From positions 12,772,001-12,836,000 of the forward strand of contig NC_135903.1 in assembly GCF_964194155.1 (NCBI RefSeq): a stretch of DNA of 64,000 bases, written 5' to 3'. The DNA comes from Cetorhinus maximus. Taxonomy: Eukaryota. The translations under genes were made by a program, and so were the position numbers. How positions within the stretch are numbered: the stretch's first letter is position 1; each line of letters starts with the position of its first letter. The notes below the pieces were generated by a model that was not told the DNA's origin, searched no databases, and was given only the letters and a program-made list of their open reading frames with translations. Of this stretch, positions 25,301 through 36,634 are shown piece after piece.

Positions 25301-28300
25301 TTCTGGATGCCCATATAGTCAGCACCCGTAGACATTCTCCTATCCGCAGTGTTAGTGACCTCCCCAAAACATTCAACTAGATTAGTCAGACATTGGAAAT
25401 GAAAACAGAAAATGCTGGAAAAACTCAGCAGGTCTGGCAGCATCTGTGGAGAGAGAAACCGAGTCAACGCTTCCAGTCCATATGCCTCTTCTTCCTACAT
25501 TTATTAGGGCCCATAGTCCCAGTTGGCACTGATCACATTGGAGTGCTGCCCCTGTTGGTCTGAAAGCATCTTTGAACCAATTAAAAAAGCTTTATCTTCG
25601 TCATCTACCTTGTAGATATGAATCAGAGTATTCCATCAGATGTGGAGTGGAGATGGACATTGCTGGGTTGCGCAAGGTCCTGGATGAACTGACCTTCATT
25701 AGGACAGATCTGGAGTCACAGATTGAACAACTGAAGGAAGAAACAATTTACACCAAGAAAAACCATGAAGAAGTAAGCAGCAGATAATCAAACAACAACA
25801 ACAAGGTCTTGTTCTAATTTTAGTAGAATGTTAAACGGTTGGCGGGTGGGTTAAAGACTTTATTTGTGACGTGGGAATATTTATTGCTCATGTCCAGTTA
25901 TCCTGAGTGCACTAAGAGTCTAATAGAATAGGACTGGAGTCCTATACAGGACCAGGCCGGGTTGGGAAGGAAGGTTCCTTTCCTGAAGGGCATTAGTGAC
26001 CCAGTTAAGTTTTATGGTAATCTGATAGGTTTGGTCAATCTTCTGTCAGATTTATTGAATTCACTTTCACAATTAGACCTGGGGGATTGGAAAAATAATA
26101 AAAGTTTCAGACAGAAAGGGGCCCACCTCTCCTCCCCATCCACAGCTCCCATGACCCTGAACCCAACGTGTTGACAGGAACCCACATATTTTCTTCTCAA
26201 ACCCCATTAAGTTTCTTACCCCACTGTTTGTCCAGTAATCTGTTCATAATCCTCCAGGTTAAGAAGTCCCACCTGCATTTCCAATTTTCCTTGTTATCTT
26301 TAATGTAGAAAAATGACCCCTATGCTTAAATTGGTCCCTGGCATCCAATTTGTCCAATAAACCTTTCCTAGTTTTAAACAATTGCATTATATCATCTCTC
26401 AACCTTCCATTTTCAAGGTAGAACAGGCCCAGTGTAGACAATATTTGCTTGTACACCATTCCATTGTAGCTCCTCCAATAATTGAATATTCTCCCCCGTA
26501 CTCCTGGAATAGCTACAGGGAGACAAATACTGCGCGCAATGCTCCAGATATGGTCTCACCAAGGCTAGTTTTAACAAGGTCGCTTGAGATGTATATGTTC
26601 TATTGCTTGCTAGTCATCCCAACATTCTGATACGTTTTTCTATCAGTCTAGGCCCATTGTCTGGATGGCCTTAGTGATCTGTTCATTACACCGATGGTCC
26701 CTCTCCTGCTCCAATAACTCAAGTACATTCCCATTTAACACTGAATTCACACCAGTCTTCCTGCTGCCAAATCTTATAACCTTACATTAAATTGCACCTG
26801 CCATTTCCCTGCCAAAGATTGGTTTGTCAGAATCCTTTAGAATTGGTTCACATTGATATTCATTATTTTCCATTGGTCCCAAGTTGATATCGTCACCTTC
26901 AGGTTACCGCTCCAATACCCTAACCATCAGGCTGGGAGATTCATCTGTTTTGTAACACTAACAACTTCGTCTCGCTTTTCTTCTCTCCCTCCCTCCATAG
27001 GAGCTGAAGTCTCTCCGCAATCAAATCCGTGGCACAGTCACAGTGGACGTGGATTCCACCCCGGGCACAGATTTGACCAAGGCTCTGGCCGAAATTAGAG
27101 AAAAATACGAAGTGATATCAGCGAAAAACCTGAAGGAGGCAGAATCCTGGTACAAGGAACAGGTAATGGGAGTGACCAATCAGGACAGGGCTACAAGCTG
27201 CTGTGTACATATAAAGAAATCACCCAGTGAAATCCTTAATAGATTCTCACAAGAATGATACTGATTTCAATTAAAAATAGGAAGCGAGAGCAGAGTTTAT
27301 TAACATTTGTGTGAATATTTTGCAAAGAAGAATCAGAGAATTTGTGGCTTAATTACAATAAAACTTTTATGATTAACAAGTATATTCCTGAGCACTCTAT
27401 AACCTGGCTATAACAACAATAACTTGCATTTACTTAGCATTTTTAACATATTAAAATGTCTCAAGGTGCTTCACAGGAGCCTTATCAAAATAGAATTTGA
27501 CACTGAGACGCATAAGGAATATTCAGACAGGCAAACAGAAGTCTGACCAAAGAGCCTGATTTTAAGGAGCATCTTAAAGGATGATGAAGAGGCAGAGAGG
27601 TTTAGGGAAGGGTTTCTAGAGGTTGGAGACCAAATGTCTGAATGCATGGCCTCCAGTGAGATAAAGAAAACGAGGGCATGAGAGATAAGGGCAATACATA
27701 GTCCCCACTTGAGGTACACACCAGTCTAGAACCCAGCAAGCCTAACTCCAGTAATCTCCCTAGTTCAAGCCTCATCATGTAATACTGGGCCAGCGTGTAG
27801 CTAGAAACCTTGTCTGTAAAAAGCATGTATTTTTGATGCAGCTTTTTATTGTTATCGCATCCTACATTCAACTTTGTTGTAGTTGTCACAACTAATTACC
27901 TCCATGAACTAGCCTGCAGCTATCACTGGAGTCAGAAGCAGGAACCCTGGCAGTGTTCTGTAACTCTATCTAGTAGGAATATCCTAACACCCTTATTGTC
28001 AATCTAACTATGATCCATTAACTTAGCACAGGGAGATCTTGGACCTTGTAGCAATTACAGTTTAGTAGCCACTGGACCATCAGAAAAGGAGACAGAAAAA
28101 TGATTATATTTGCAAGAACTATAACTAGAAGTGGATACAGCTAACTCCTGAGTCACTCTCGGTTTGCCATGTATTGGATTGTGTTGGATTGCTTACATCT
28201 TCTTACACTTAGAACTTTTGACACATTTCATTACAGTGTGCAAATCTACAACAGACAGTGGTTACTAACACTGAGATGGTACAAACAGAAAAGTCACAGC

Positions 28301-30790
28301 TTACCGAACAGAGACGTAAACTACAGACGTTGGAGATTGAGCTTCAAACAATGCTGAGCGTGGTGAGTACAGGACTGGATTACACTCTCAGTCATTTGGA
28401 TTTGTAGTTACTCAGCTGCTGCATTGGTTACTGATTGTTGCCCTTTCAATGTAGAAAATGTCCCTGGAAGACAGTCTCCTGGAGATAGAAGATCGCTATG
28501 CTGTGGAGCTCAACAGACTTCAGGGTATCGTGGCTGACCGGGAAGCAGAGTTCATGCATATTCAAACTGAAATGGAGCGAAAAGCCCAAGAATACGCACA
28601 GCTTCTAGACATCAAAAGCAGACTAGAGATGGAGATTGCTACATACCGTCGCCTCCTAGAGGGAGAAGAAGATAGGTGGGGAAATAACAAAACACTTGAT
28701 CTCCACCCAACACATATTCACTGGCTGTTGTCCTCTCTCAGTCTTCCCCTTTCCTGAGACTCTAATACCCCCAGCTTGATGGAAACACTAAGGGTGTTAT
28801 TTTGGTGACAGAGTGAGAACAGTTGCTGTGCAAATAAGACATGCCTGTTTGTAAATCTGGTTTCAGCTTTCAATGCTGGGGCTAATCGATGATACCATGA
28901 TACAAACATACCTGAATCAGACACCTGCAGGTTTAACACTCAGGCACTAATTAGACACAGTTTTCGTGAAGATATGGAGTGGTCTGGCTGACACAGCAGC
29001 AGCTTTCAGGAGCTTTCTCGGACCCAGGGAGTCTGCACAGGTTCTCAGATACAACATTGGAGGTCCTGGTGGAGGAGGGATGATCTGTACTCAGAGTGGG
29101 GTGAAGGAGTCCCCTCACCCTCCTATCCTTCCTGTCCCAGTCTTCTGCACTTGGTACTGTTTAACCTGGCCTCATGTCCCCCTCCCATTCCTCCTGCAGA
29201 CTGTGGGAGGCCCAAGAAAGATGCTGATGACCAAGAACTCCTTTTCTCCTGGTGACTCCTAGAAGGTGCCCAGTAAGGTGGAGTAGCACAGCACTCACTC
29301 TGTTGAGGTGAAGACCTCAGAGGCTTCCTGGTATAAATGTTGCTAGAGTGTTGTTGAGTTATTGTCAAAGTGATCCAGGAAATCCCCTGATGTGTCTCAA
29401 AAATCCTTTTCAAATCTCCAGCAGTAATTGAGCAGCAAGCACTCTGCAGGATTTTAAGTTGTGCTCAAACTCTTGCACGACTGGTTTACTCCTGTTCAGC
29501 TGATTGCTGTGAGGAGAGATCAGTAACTGAAGCATTAGCCATGCAGCCTCATTATTGGGAGCTAGCAAGCAATTTTGTCAATCAGCCTCCTCATACCAGC
29601 CTTCCTAATGTACATTTCAACCCCTTTACCAAGTTGGTGACCTTGTACTAAACGCAGCTTAAGACCCCACCTTGTTCACCCTAGAGGCTCATTAGTACCT
29701 ATGGAATTCAGGGAAAATTCCTAATTTATTTTAACCCAGCTGGTGCCTGTGACCTGGGCTCTAACTCTTCACCTGCTCTTCCACTTTGACCTTTACAACA
29801 TTCTTTTCATCTGTGTATCCCAAGAATCTCACTTTAGCTCTCCAACTGTGTCTGTCCCAGCTGAGAGGTTTGTCCAGTGCACATTGCTGATCACTAGCCT
29901 TCCCCACCCCCCGCCGCCTTAGAGAATTTTAATTGACTATTTTTTGCTGACTAATTGTTAATTATTCTTTGTTTCTCACCAGATATATAACTGAAGTCAA
30001 AACGGAAATCGTCCATGGTAAGGAAGTGGAGTGAACCAATGTCAGCGGGGAATATGACAGGGTGTAAGCCACATGGGGAAGCTGCAAAGGGGAGGATGTC
30101 CCACAAAATCTTTTCCAAAGTGTGCTGGGGAACTGGGTGGCGGAGGGGAAGATGTTTTCAATCTGTAATTTTCCAGTGAGTTCAGGTTCATTATCTTCAG
30201 TAATTGCCTGTGGTGTGTTGAACCGTGTCCACTCACCCAGCTTCTGATGGAGTTTCTGTGCATTAACCAAATAAAACTTGTTTGGAAAAACTGAGAGTGG
30301 AGTTTACAGACAATCCGACGTGTATCTGTAGGTTATTTACCATAATTCCAATTACTGCATCACTCAGAGGGCTCCTGCTGAACGCTTTGTGTGCACGTCA
30401 CTCTACTCAGGAATATTGGATTCTATACTACCAAGCGCTGGGGAGCTCTGCCCAGTGTGATGGTCAAATTTATCCTCTAGCCAATATCAAAGACAGATCA
30501 TTTATCACTTCACTGCCTGCAGGATCTTGCTGTGCACAAGTTATCTGCCATGTTTCCTGCATTCCAACAGTGACTACACTTCAAAAGTATTTAATTGGCT
30601 ATGGGACTCCTGAGGTTATGGAAGGTGCTATGTAAATGCAAGTTCTTTCTGCTTGTTTATTTTCATTGTTTTTTTTCAATTATTTCTTACAGATCCTACA
30701 GTGGTGACAACCAAAAAGGTCGTGACCATTACTGAAACGATCGTTGATGGGAAGGTCGTTGAGTCACATCAAGAAGTTAATGTGAAGTAA
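22397..30790 (+). CDS. Type I keratin C, complete, 8 exons, 437 aa
   Basis: Exons 22397-22828, 23602-23684 (83), 25616-25772 (157), 27001-27162 (162), 28237-28362 (126), 28455-28675 (221), 29983-30017 (35), 30693-30790; open frame. Motifs [24 protein letters not shown] and [23 protein letters not shown]; tail [31 protein letters not shown]-like GATAAA at 22307-22312 and AATAAA at 30889-30894. Confidence 0.94.
23785..24320 (-). mobile_element. RTE-clade LINE 3' fragment
   Basis: ..[31 protein letters not shown].. and a terminal zinc-finger-like ..[12 protein letters not shown], typical of RTE ORF ends. Confidence 0.75.
25020..25385 (-). mobile_element. CR1 LINE RT fragment
   Basis: ..[32 protein letters not shown].. 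and ..[10 protein letters not shown].. (decayed FADDTKL). Confidence 0.7.
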
Positions 30791-31628
30791 CCAAACTCTC
30801 CCAGAGTTGGTCTGGATGATCCTCAGCCTACACTAAAATCTATTAGCTGCTTCATAACATTTTGTTCTTTGGGTTTTCTCTGGTCTTTAATAAAGTGGTT
30901 TTGAGTGTTGCATCAGAACCTTGTCTGCTTTATTGGTGTCAGGCTGGTTGTCCAGTGATTGGGATAATCTGTAATCAGTTGCTGAAGGTGATGTGTAACC
31001 AGCCAAATTAACCGGAAGGTTCCGGTTCCGATCTCCAGTCTGTGTGGAGTTTGTCAATCTGAAGCAGAGCATCGTTAGGGATGTTACGATGAGGTTCAAA
31101 GCTCTGAACAAATGCAGAGCAACCTGCCCCTGATTGCTATGCACGGATCTCTCTTAGAAAGCACAACTGTAGATGCTGGCACACAACTGGAATGGATTTC
31201 TTTGTGATGTCTCCAATAACAACAAGTTGCATTTATACAGCACTTTTAATGTAGTAAAATGTCCCAAGCTGCTTCACACCAACACTGTCAGACAAAGTTG
31301 ACGGCGGACTAAACAAGGAGACATCGAGACGGGTTTGGTGAAAGAGGTTGGTGTAAGGATCATTTTAAAGGAGGAGAGGGAGTGGAGAATGGAGAGATTA
31401 ACTCCTAGCGCCAACATGGAGAGGACAGATGGATCATTGGCAGCCAAATCAACTTTGATTGGATACATTCCAGGTGGTTTGTTCACATGACCTCCTGCCT
31501 CCAACCAACCTGCCCCCAGGTCCTGCCATTGGTCATCTGTTATGATGTGACAGATGATGTGTGCCAGGCAGACTAAATCCATGAGGGAACCTTGGTTGTG
31601 CTATCACAACGGTTTGGCAATTTGTATT

Positions 31629-32448
31629 TATTACGAAATGTGTGCACTGAATCAATGAGTAATAAGTCCACCAAGACCTTTAGAAATTTAAAAAAATTAA
31701 ATTAAAATATTTATTAAAAAAAATGTCAAACACACAGATAAGATACAATTAATACTACAATAACTCCTAAAATTCCTAATTAACCTGACTCCCAGTTACA
31801 CTCCCTTTAAGGTAACGGTCCCCAATAGATTTTAGATTTAAAACAAATTCGGCAAGTTAACACAATACCCTGGACACTGGAATTCCAAATGGCTTTTCCC
31901 TAACTTCAGTTTTATTATATAGCAGACTCATGCACAAATGCTGAAGGCTTCATTAAGTCTATTTCACATACTCCTGTTAGGTCTCACATGGCCTCCTCAC
32001 ACATAACCTTTCATTCTTCTTTATATATGTTTCTCTCTTTTTAATATGTAAATTCTATCATTCCTTATGTCTTTGGAACTGTATCTTCCTCATAACATAA
32101 AAACTCTCATGGTGCCAATATTGCCAGTAACCTTTGGGGAAAATAAACACATTCCTTAGCTTTGCTTATCCAGCTAGTTGTAAACAGACTAAGATCCCTT
32201 TGAAATCCAAATATCTTTTCATTTATCTAAAAATGTAAATTCCTTTCACACCTTACATGCTAAGCCAGCATCCATGTTTACTCATTAGCCTGTCAAGCAC
32301 CTAGCTTCTTTAGATGATTTAAAGCTTGCAGTCTATTTGACTACAAAAGGTAATTAAATCACACACAGACCCAATTACAGTTACCCCCATAAACCTACTT
32401 CACAATAAACCTGTGAAATATTACGGAAAAAATGTTAGTTTCATGACA
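31629..32448. mobile_element. ~820-bp solo-LTR-like element (related copy 59362-60186)
   Basis: Ends TATTACGA ... TCATGACA; similar in length, ends and AT-rich body to 59362-60186. Confidence 0.4.
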
Positions 32449-32666
32449 CATCCAACATGTCCATTCTCACAGGTCATCACTGTTAGTGAAGGAAACAGTT
32501 AAAGAAATTCAATTGCTAATTTAACTAAATACCCATTTGGTTTTATAAAGGGATAATAGCTGAGACTAGTCCGGTCTTTGGAGAGTTTTATGACAAGTAA
32601 TAAAACTTGGATTTGGTCTGACTTGGTTTTGGTCTTTATTTCTAAACAACTATTGGAACTTATCAG

Positions 32667-32684
32667 TGGTAGCAGAGGATGGTT
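32667..32684 (+). other. Primer-binding site complementary to the 3' end of initiator tRNA-Met
   Basis: TGGTAGCAGAGGATGGTT, 1 nt after the CA that ends the 5' LTR. Confidence 0.88.
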
Positions 32685-35128
32685 GCTGCTTGTAAGTAAT
32701 AGATTGGAAACTAAGCTTTCTTTGGACAACAGACTGTATTTGGAGTTAACTTTAAGAGCAGCGTGGTTTGGAGAAAAAAAAAGGAGAATGGCTGAATCAA
32801 AATGTCGAGTTTCGGGGGTATGATTACCCTCTGATGTTTTCAGAAAGTGAACCCTATGAACAATGGAAGAATGAAGTAACTATGTGGACACGGGTTACGT
32901 CCTTGCCGAAGAAAAAAACAGGGAATGGCCTTGGCACTTTGGTTACCATACAAAAGCAAAATAAGATCCAAAGCATTTTCAGGGTTGGAGCTTGAGCATT
33001 TGGACATGAATGGAGGTTTGGAAACATTATTAGATTTTATGGATAAGATCCATCAAATAGATGATTAAGTGCTTACAAAGCATGGTCCGATTTTGACAAA
33101 TTTAGAAAGTTGGAGGACAGTTCCATAGAAGATTACATAATGGGATTCAGTGGACTATATGCAGAATTGCAAAAGTTCCGTCTAGAAATTCCCCAATCAG
33201 TGCTGGCATTTAAATTACTAGACTGTGCCAGAGTATGAAATATGGACAGGCTTCTAGTTCTAATGGGAGTTAAGTTTGCAGAAAGACACACACGCTAGAA
33301 CAGATGTCAGAAAAAAATTCCTCGGAAAACATTCCTTTCCGTCAGCGTTCATGGCGCAAATGAGTCATTGGGTGATAAGACAGAAAATGGAGGATGCAAT
33401 GTTGACGGGTGGTGAGGTCGTTTAGAAACAGGACACAGGCGTCAGTACGAAAGGAGATTTGTAACTAGAAACAATGAGGACAGAGACATCTCGGACAATT
33501 ACGGCAGGAAAAAAGAATTGGGGAATTACGACAAAAGAATGAATCCCAGGAATGCCCAGGGTGTGGTCAATCGGTGTTTTAGATGTGATTCAAAATACCA
33601 TTATGCAATGAATTGTCCTTAATGATATAATAAGGTGTCACATGAGACAGAAGAAGATGGAGATATTGACCAAGGAGAGGGGGGCATTGTATTAGTTACA
33701 AGAAGTTTCAGTTCGGTGATGAATATGTTGGTTGCCGAGTCCTTCAACTGAGCGGTGCTAGATAGCGGATGCACTTCTACAGTCTGTGGAACAGGCTGGT
33801 TAAAATGCTACCTGGACTCCTTAAATGACAAGGACCGGTATAAGGTTAAAGAATTTGAGAGTTCCACCAATTTTAGATTTGGAGATGATAATACCCTAAG
33901 ATTTTTTAAAAGGGTAGTGATTCCCTGTAAGATAGCTGGAGTCAATCATTTCATTAGCACAGACGTAGTGTCTAGCGAAATACCATTACTGTTGAGCAGA
34001 CTATCGATGAAGAAAGCGCAAATGAAGCTGGACATGGAGAACGACAAGGCCACTGTATTTGGAAAACCTGTGGATTTGTAATTTACACAATCTGGACACT
34101 ACTGTATCCCTTTAATGAAACCTAACTTTTCTACTAAGGAGATTAAAGAAGTGTTGTTAGCGTCAGGGGATAGGAATTTGGAAGACAAAAAACTAATTAT
34201 GTTAAAATTGCATCGGCAATTTGTCCACCCTTCTTCATAAAGATTAAAAATTTTGCTAAGGGAGGCAGGAAAAAGGGATGGAGAGCGCACTAAACTTACA
34301 GGGGATAAATGATAGACATGATATATGTAAGAAATACAGATAGACACCATCTCGGCCGATAGTGAGTCTATCCTTGTCAAGGGATTTCAATGGAGGTGTG
34401 GCGTTGGATTTAAAGGTGTGGGATAAAGAAAAGGACATTTTTATTTTACATTTCGTAGATTTGGCAACAAGGTTTAGCCAGTCGACAATCATATACAGTA
34501 AGGAAAAGAAAATAATTGTGGATCAGGTAATGGAGAAGTGGATAGGGATCAGATTGGGACCACCAGAAAATTTCCTCACTGATAATGCTGATAATGGGGG
34601 GGGCATTTGCTAATGACTAGTTCCAGGAAATGTGTGAAAACATGAATATAATAATTATGAATACAGCAGCTGAAAGCCCGTTTAGTAACAGAGTGTGTGA
34701 AAGGAATCACGTGGTTATAGATGAGATGCTTCGTAAAATATTGGCGGATAGACCAAGTTGTAAATTAACATCAGCTCTAGCATGGGCTGTCCATGCCAAG
34801 AATTCACTGGAGATGGTTGGGGGCTATAGTCCATACCAGTTGGTTTTTGGTAGAAACCCAAAAATTACTTCAGTGATCATCCCCCAGTTTGGGAGGGAAC
34901 TATGATTAGCTCTACCTTTTCTGAGCATTTAAACTCACTACACGTGGGTAGAAGATTGTTCCTCAAAGCCAAAGTTTCAGAAAGAATTCGGCGAGCTCTA
35001 AGACACAATGTATGACCATTGGAAACTATTTTCAATCAGGGAGACATGGTATACTATAAAGGAGAAGGAATTAATGAGTGGAAAGGCCTGGGAAAGATTA
35101 CAGGTAAAGATGGTAAAACAGTCATTTT

Positions 35129-36634
35129 CCGGAAAAATTTATTAACTTTGCTTCCAATTTCCACCCCTCCATCATTTTCATGTGGTCCATCACTGACACT
35201 TCCCTTCCCTTCCTTGACCTCTCAGTCTCAATGTCCACCAATATTCATTACAAGCCCACCGACTCTCACAGCTACCTCGACTACAGCTCCCCTCACCCCG
35301 CTTTCTGTAAGGACTCCATCTCATTCTCTCAGTTCCTTCGCCTCCGTCGCATCTGTTCTGATGATGCCACTTTCCAAAACAGTTCCTCTGACATGTCTTC
35401 CTTCTTCCTTAATGAGGTTTTTCACCCACAGTAGTTGACAGGGCCCTCAACCGTGTCCGGCCCATCTCCCGCGCATCCGCCCTCACGCCTTCCTCTCCCT
35501 CCCAGAAACATGATAGGGTCCCCTTTGTCCTCACTTTTCACCTCACCAGCCTCCGCATTCAAAGGATCATCCTCCGCCATTTCTGCCAACTCCAGCATGA
35601 TGCCACCACCAAACACATCTTCCCTTCACCCCCCCCCCCGGCGGCATTCCGCAGGGATCGTTCCCTCCGGGACACCCTGGTCCACTCCTCTAACATCCCT
35701 TACACGTCAACCCCCTCCCACGGCACCTTCCCATGCAACCGCAGAAGGTGCAACACCTGCCCCTTTACTTCCCCCCTCCTCACCATCCAAGGGCCCAAAC
35801 ACTCCTTTCAAGTGAAGCAGCATTTCACTTGCACTTCCCTCAATTTAGTCTACTACATTCGCTGCTCCCAATGCGGTCTCTTCTACATTGGAGAGACCAA
35901 ACGCAAACTGGGTGACCACTTTGCAGAACACCTTTGGTCTGTCCGCAAGCATGACCCAGACCTCCCTGTCACTTGCCATTTCAACACACCACCCTGCTCT
36001 CTTGCCCACATGTCCGTCCTTGGCCTGCTGCATTGTTCCAGTGAAGCTCAACACAAACTGGAGGAACAGCACCTCATCTTCCGACTAGGCACTTTACAGC
36101 CTTCCGGGCTGAATATTGAGTTCAACAGTTTCAGATCATGAACTCTCTCCTCCATCCCCACCCACTTTCTGATCCCCCTTTTTCCAATAATTTATAAATT
36201 TTTTACAAATATATTTTTCTTTTCCCTCCTATTTTTAAATTTATTTCGATCTATTGTTTTATCTCCACCTTTTAGCCCATTTCGATCCCGTCCCCCCACC
36301 CCACCCCCACTAGGGCCATCTGCCACTAGCTTGTCCTGCTTGCTACCCTTAATGTCCCCATTAGCACGTCCTTTAGATAATATCACCACCGTCAACACCC
36401 CTTTGTCCTTTTGTCTATGACATCTTTGGCAGTCTCTTGGCCTCCACCTATCACTGGCCCCCTATCGAGCTCTACCTGTCCCACCCCCCTCTACCAGCTT
36501 ATATTTCATCTCATTTCTATATGTCTTAGTTCTGATGAAGGGTCATACAGACTCGAAACGTCAACTGTATTCCTCTCCGCAGAAGCTGTCAGACTTGCTG
36601 AGTTTTTCCAGGTATTTTTGTTTTTGTTTTTGTT
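35129..36634 (+). mobile_element. 5'-truncated Penelope-like element nested in the copia pol
   Basis: RT C-terminus (LPFLDLSV..IHYKPTDSHSYLDYSSPHP) and GIY-YIG endonuclease (VYYIRCSQCGLFYIGETKRKL..FAEH). A 10-bp duplication CAGTCATTTT lies at 35119-35128 and 36635-36644. Confidence 0.9.
36528..36566 (+). ncRNA. Minimal type I hammerhead ribozyme motif in the Penelope 3' region
   Basis: AGTT-CTGATGA-A-GGGTC-ATACA-GACTC-GAAA-CGTC-AACT: helix I AGTT/AACT, helix II GGGTC/GACTC, palindromic ACGT helix III, GUC cleavage triplet. Confidence 0.7.

Noticed and set aside
7276-30790. Keratins B and C both total exactly 1314 coding nt
   Set aside because: Head and tail exon lengths differ and merely compensate; treated as coincidence.
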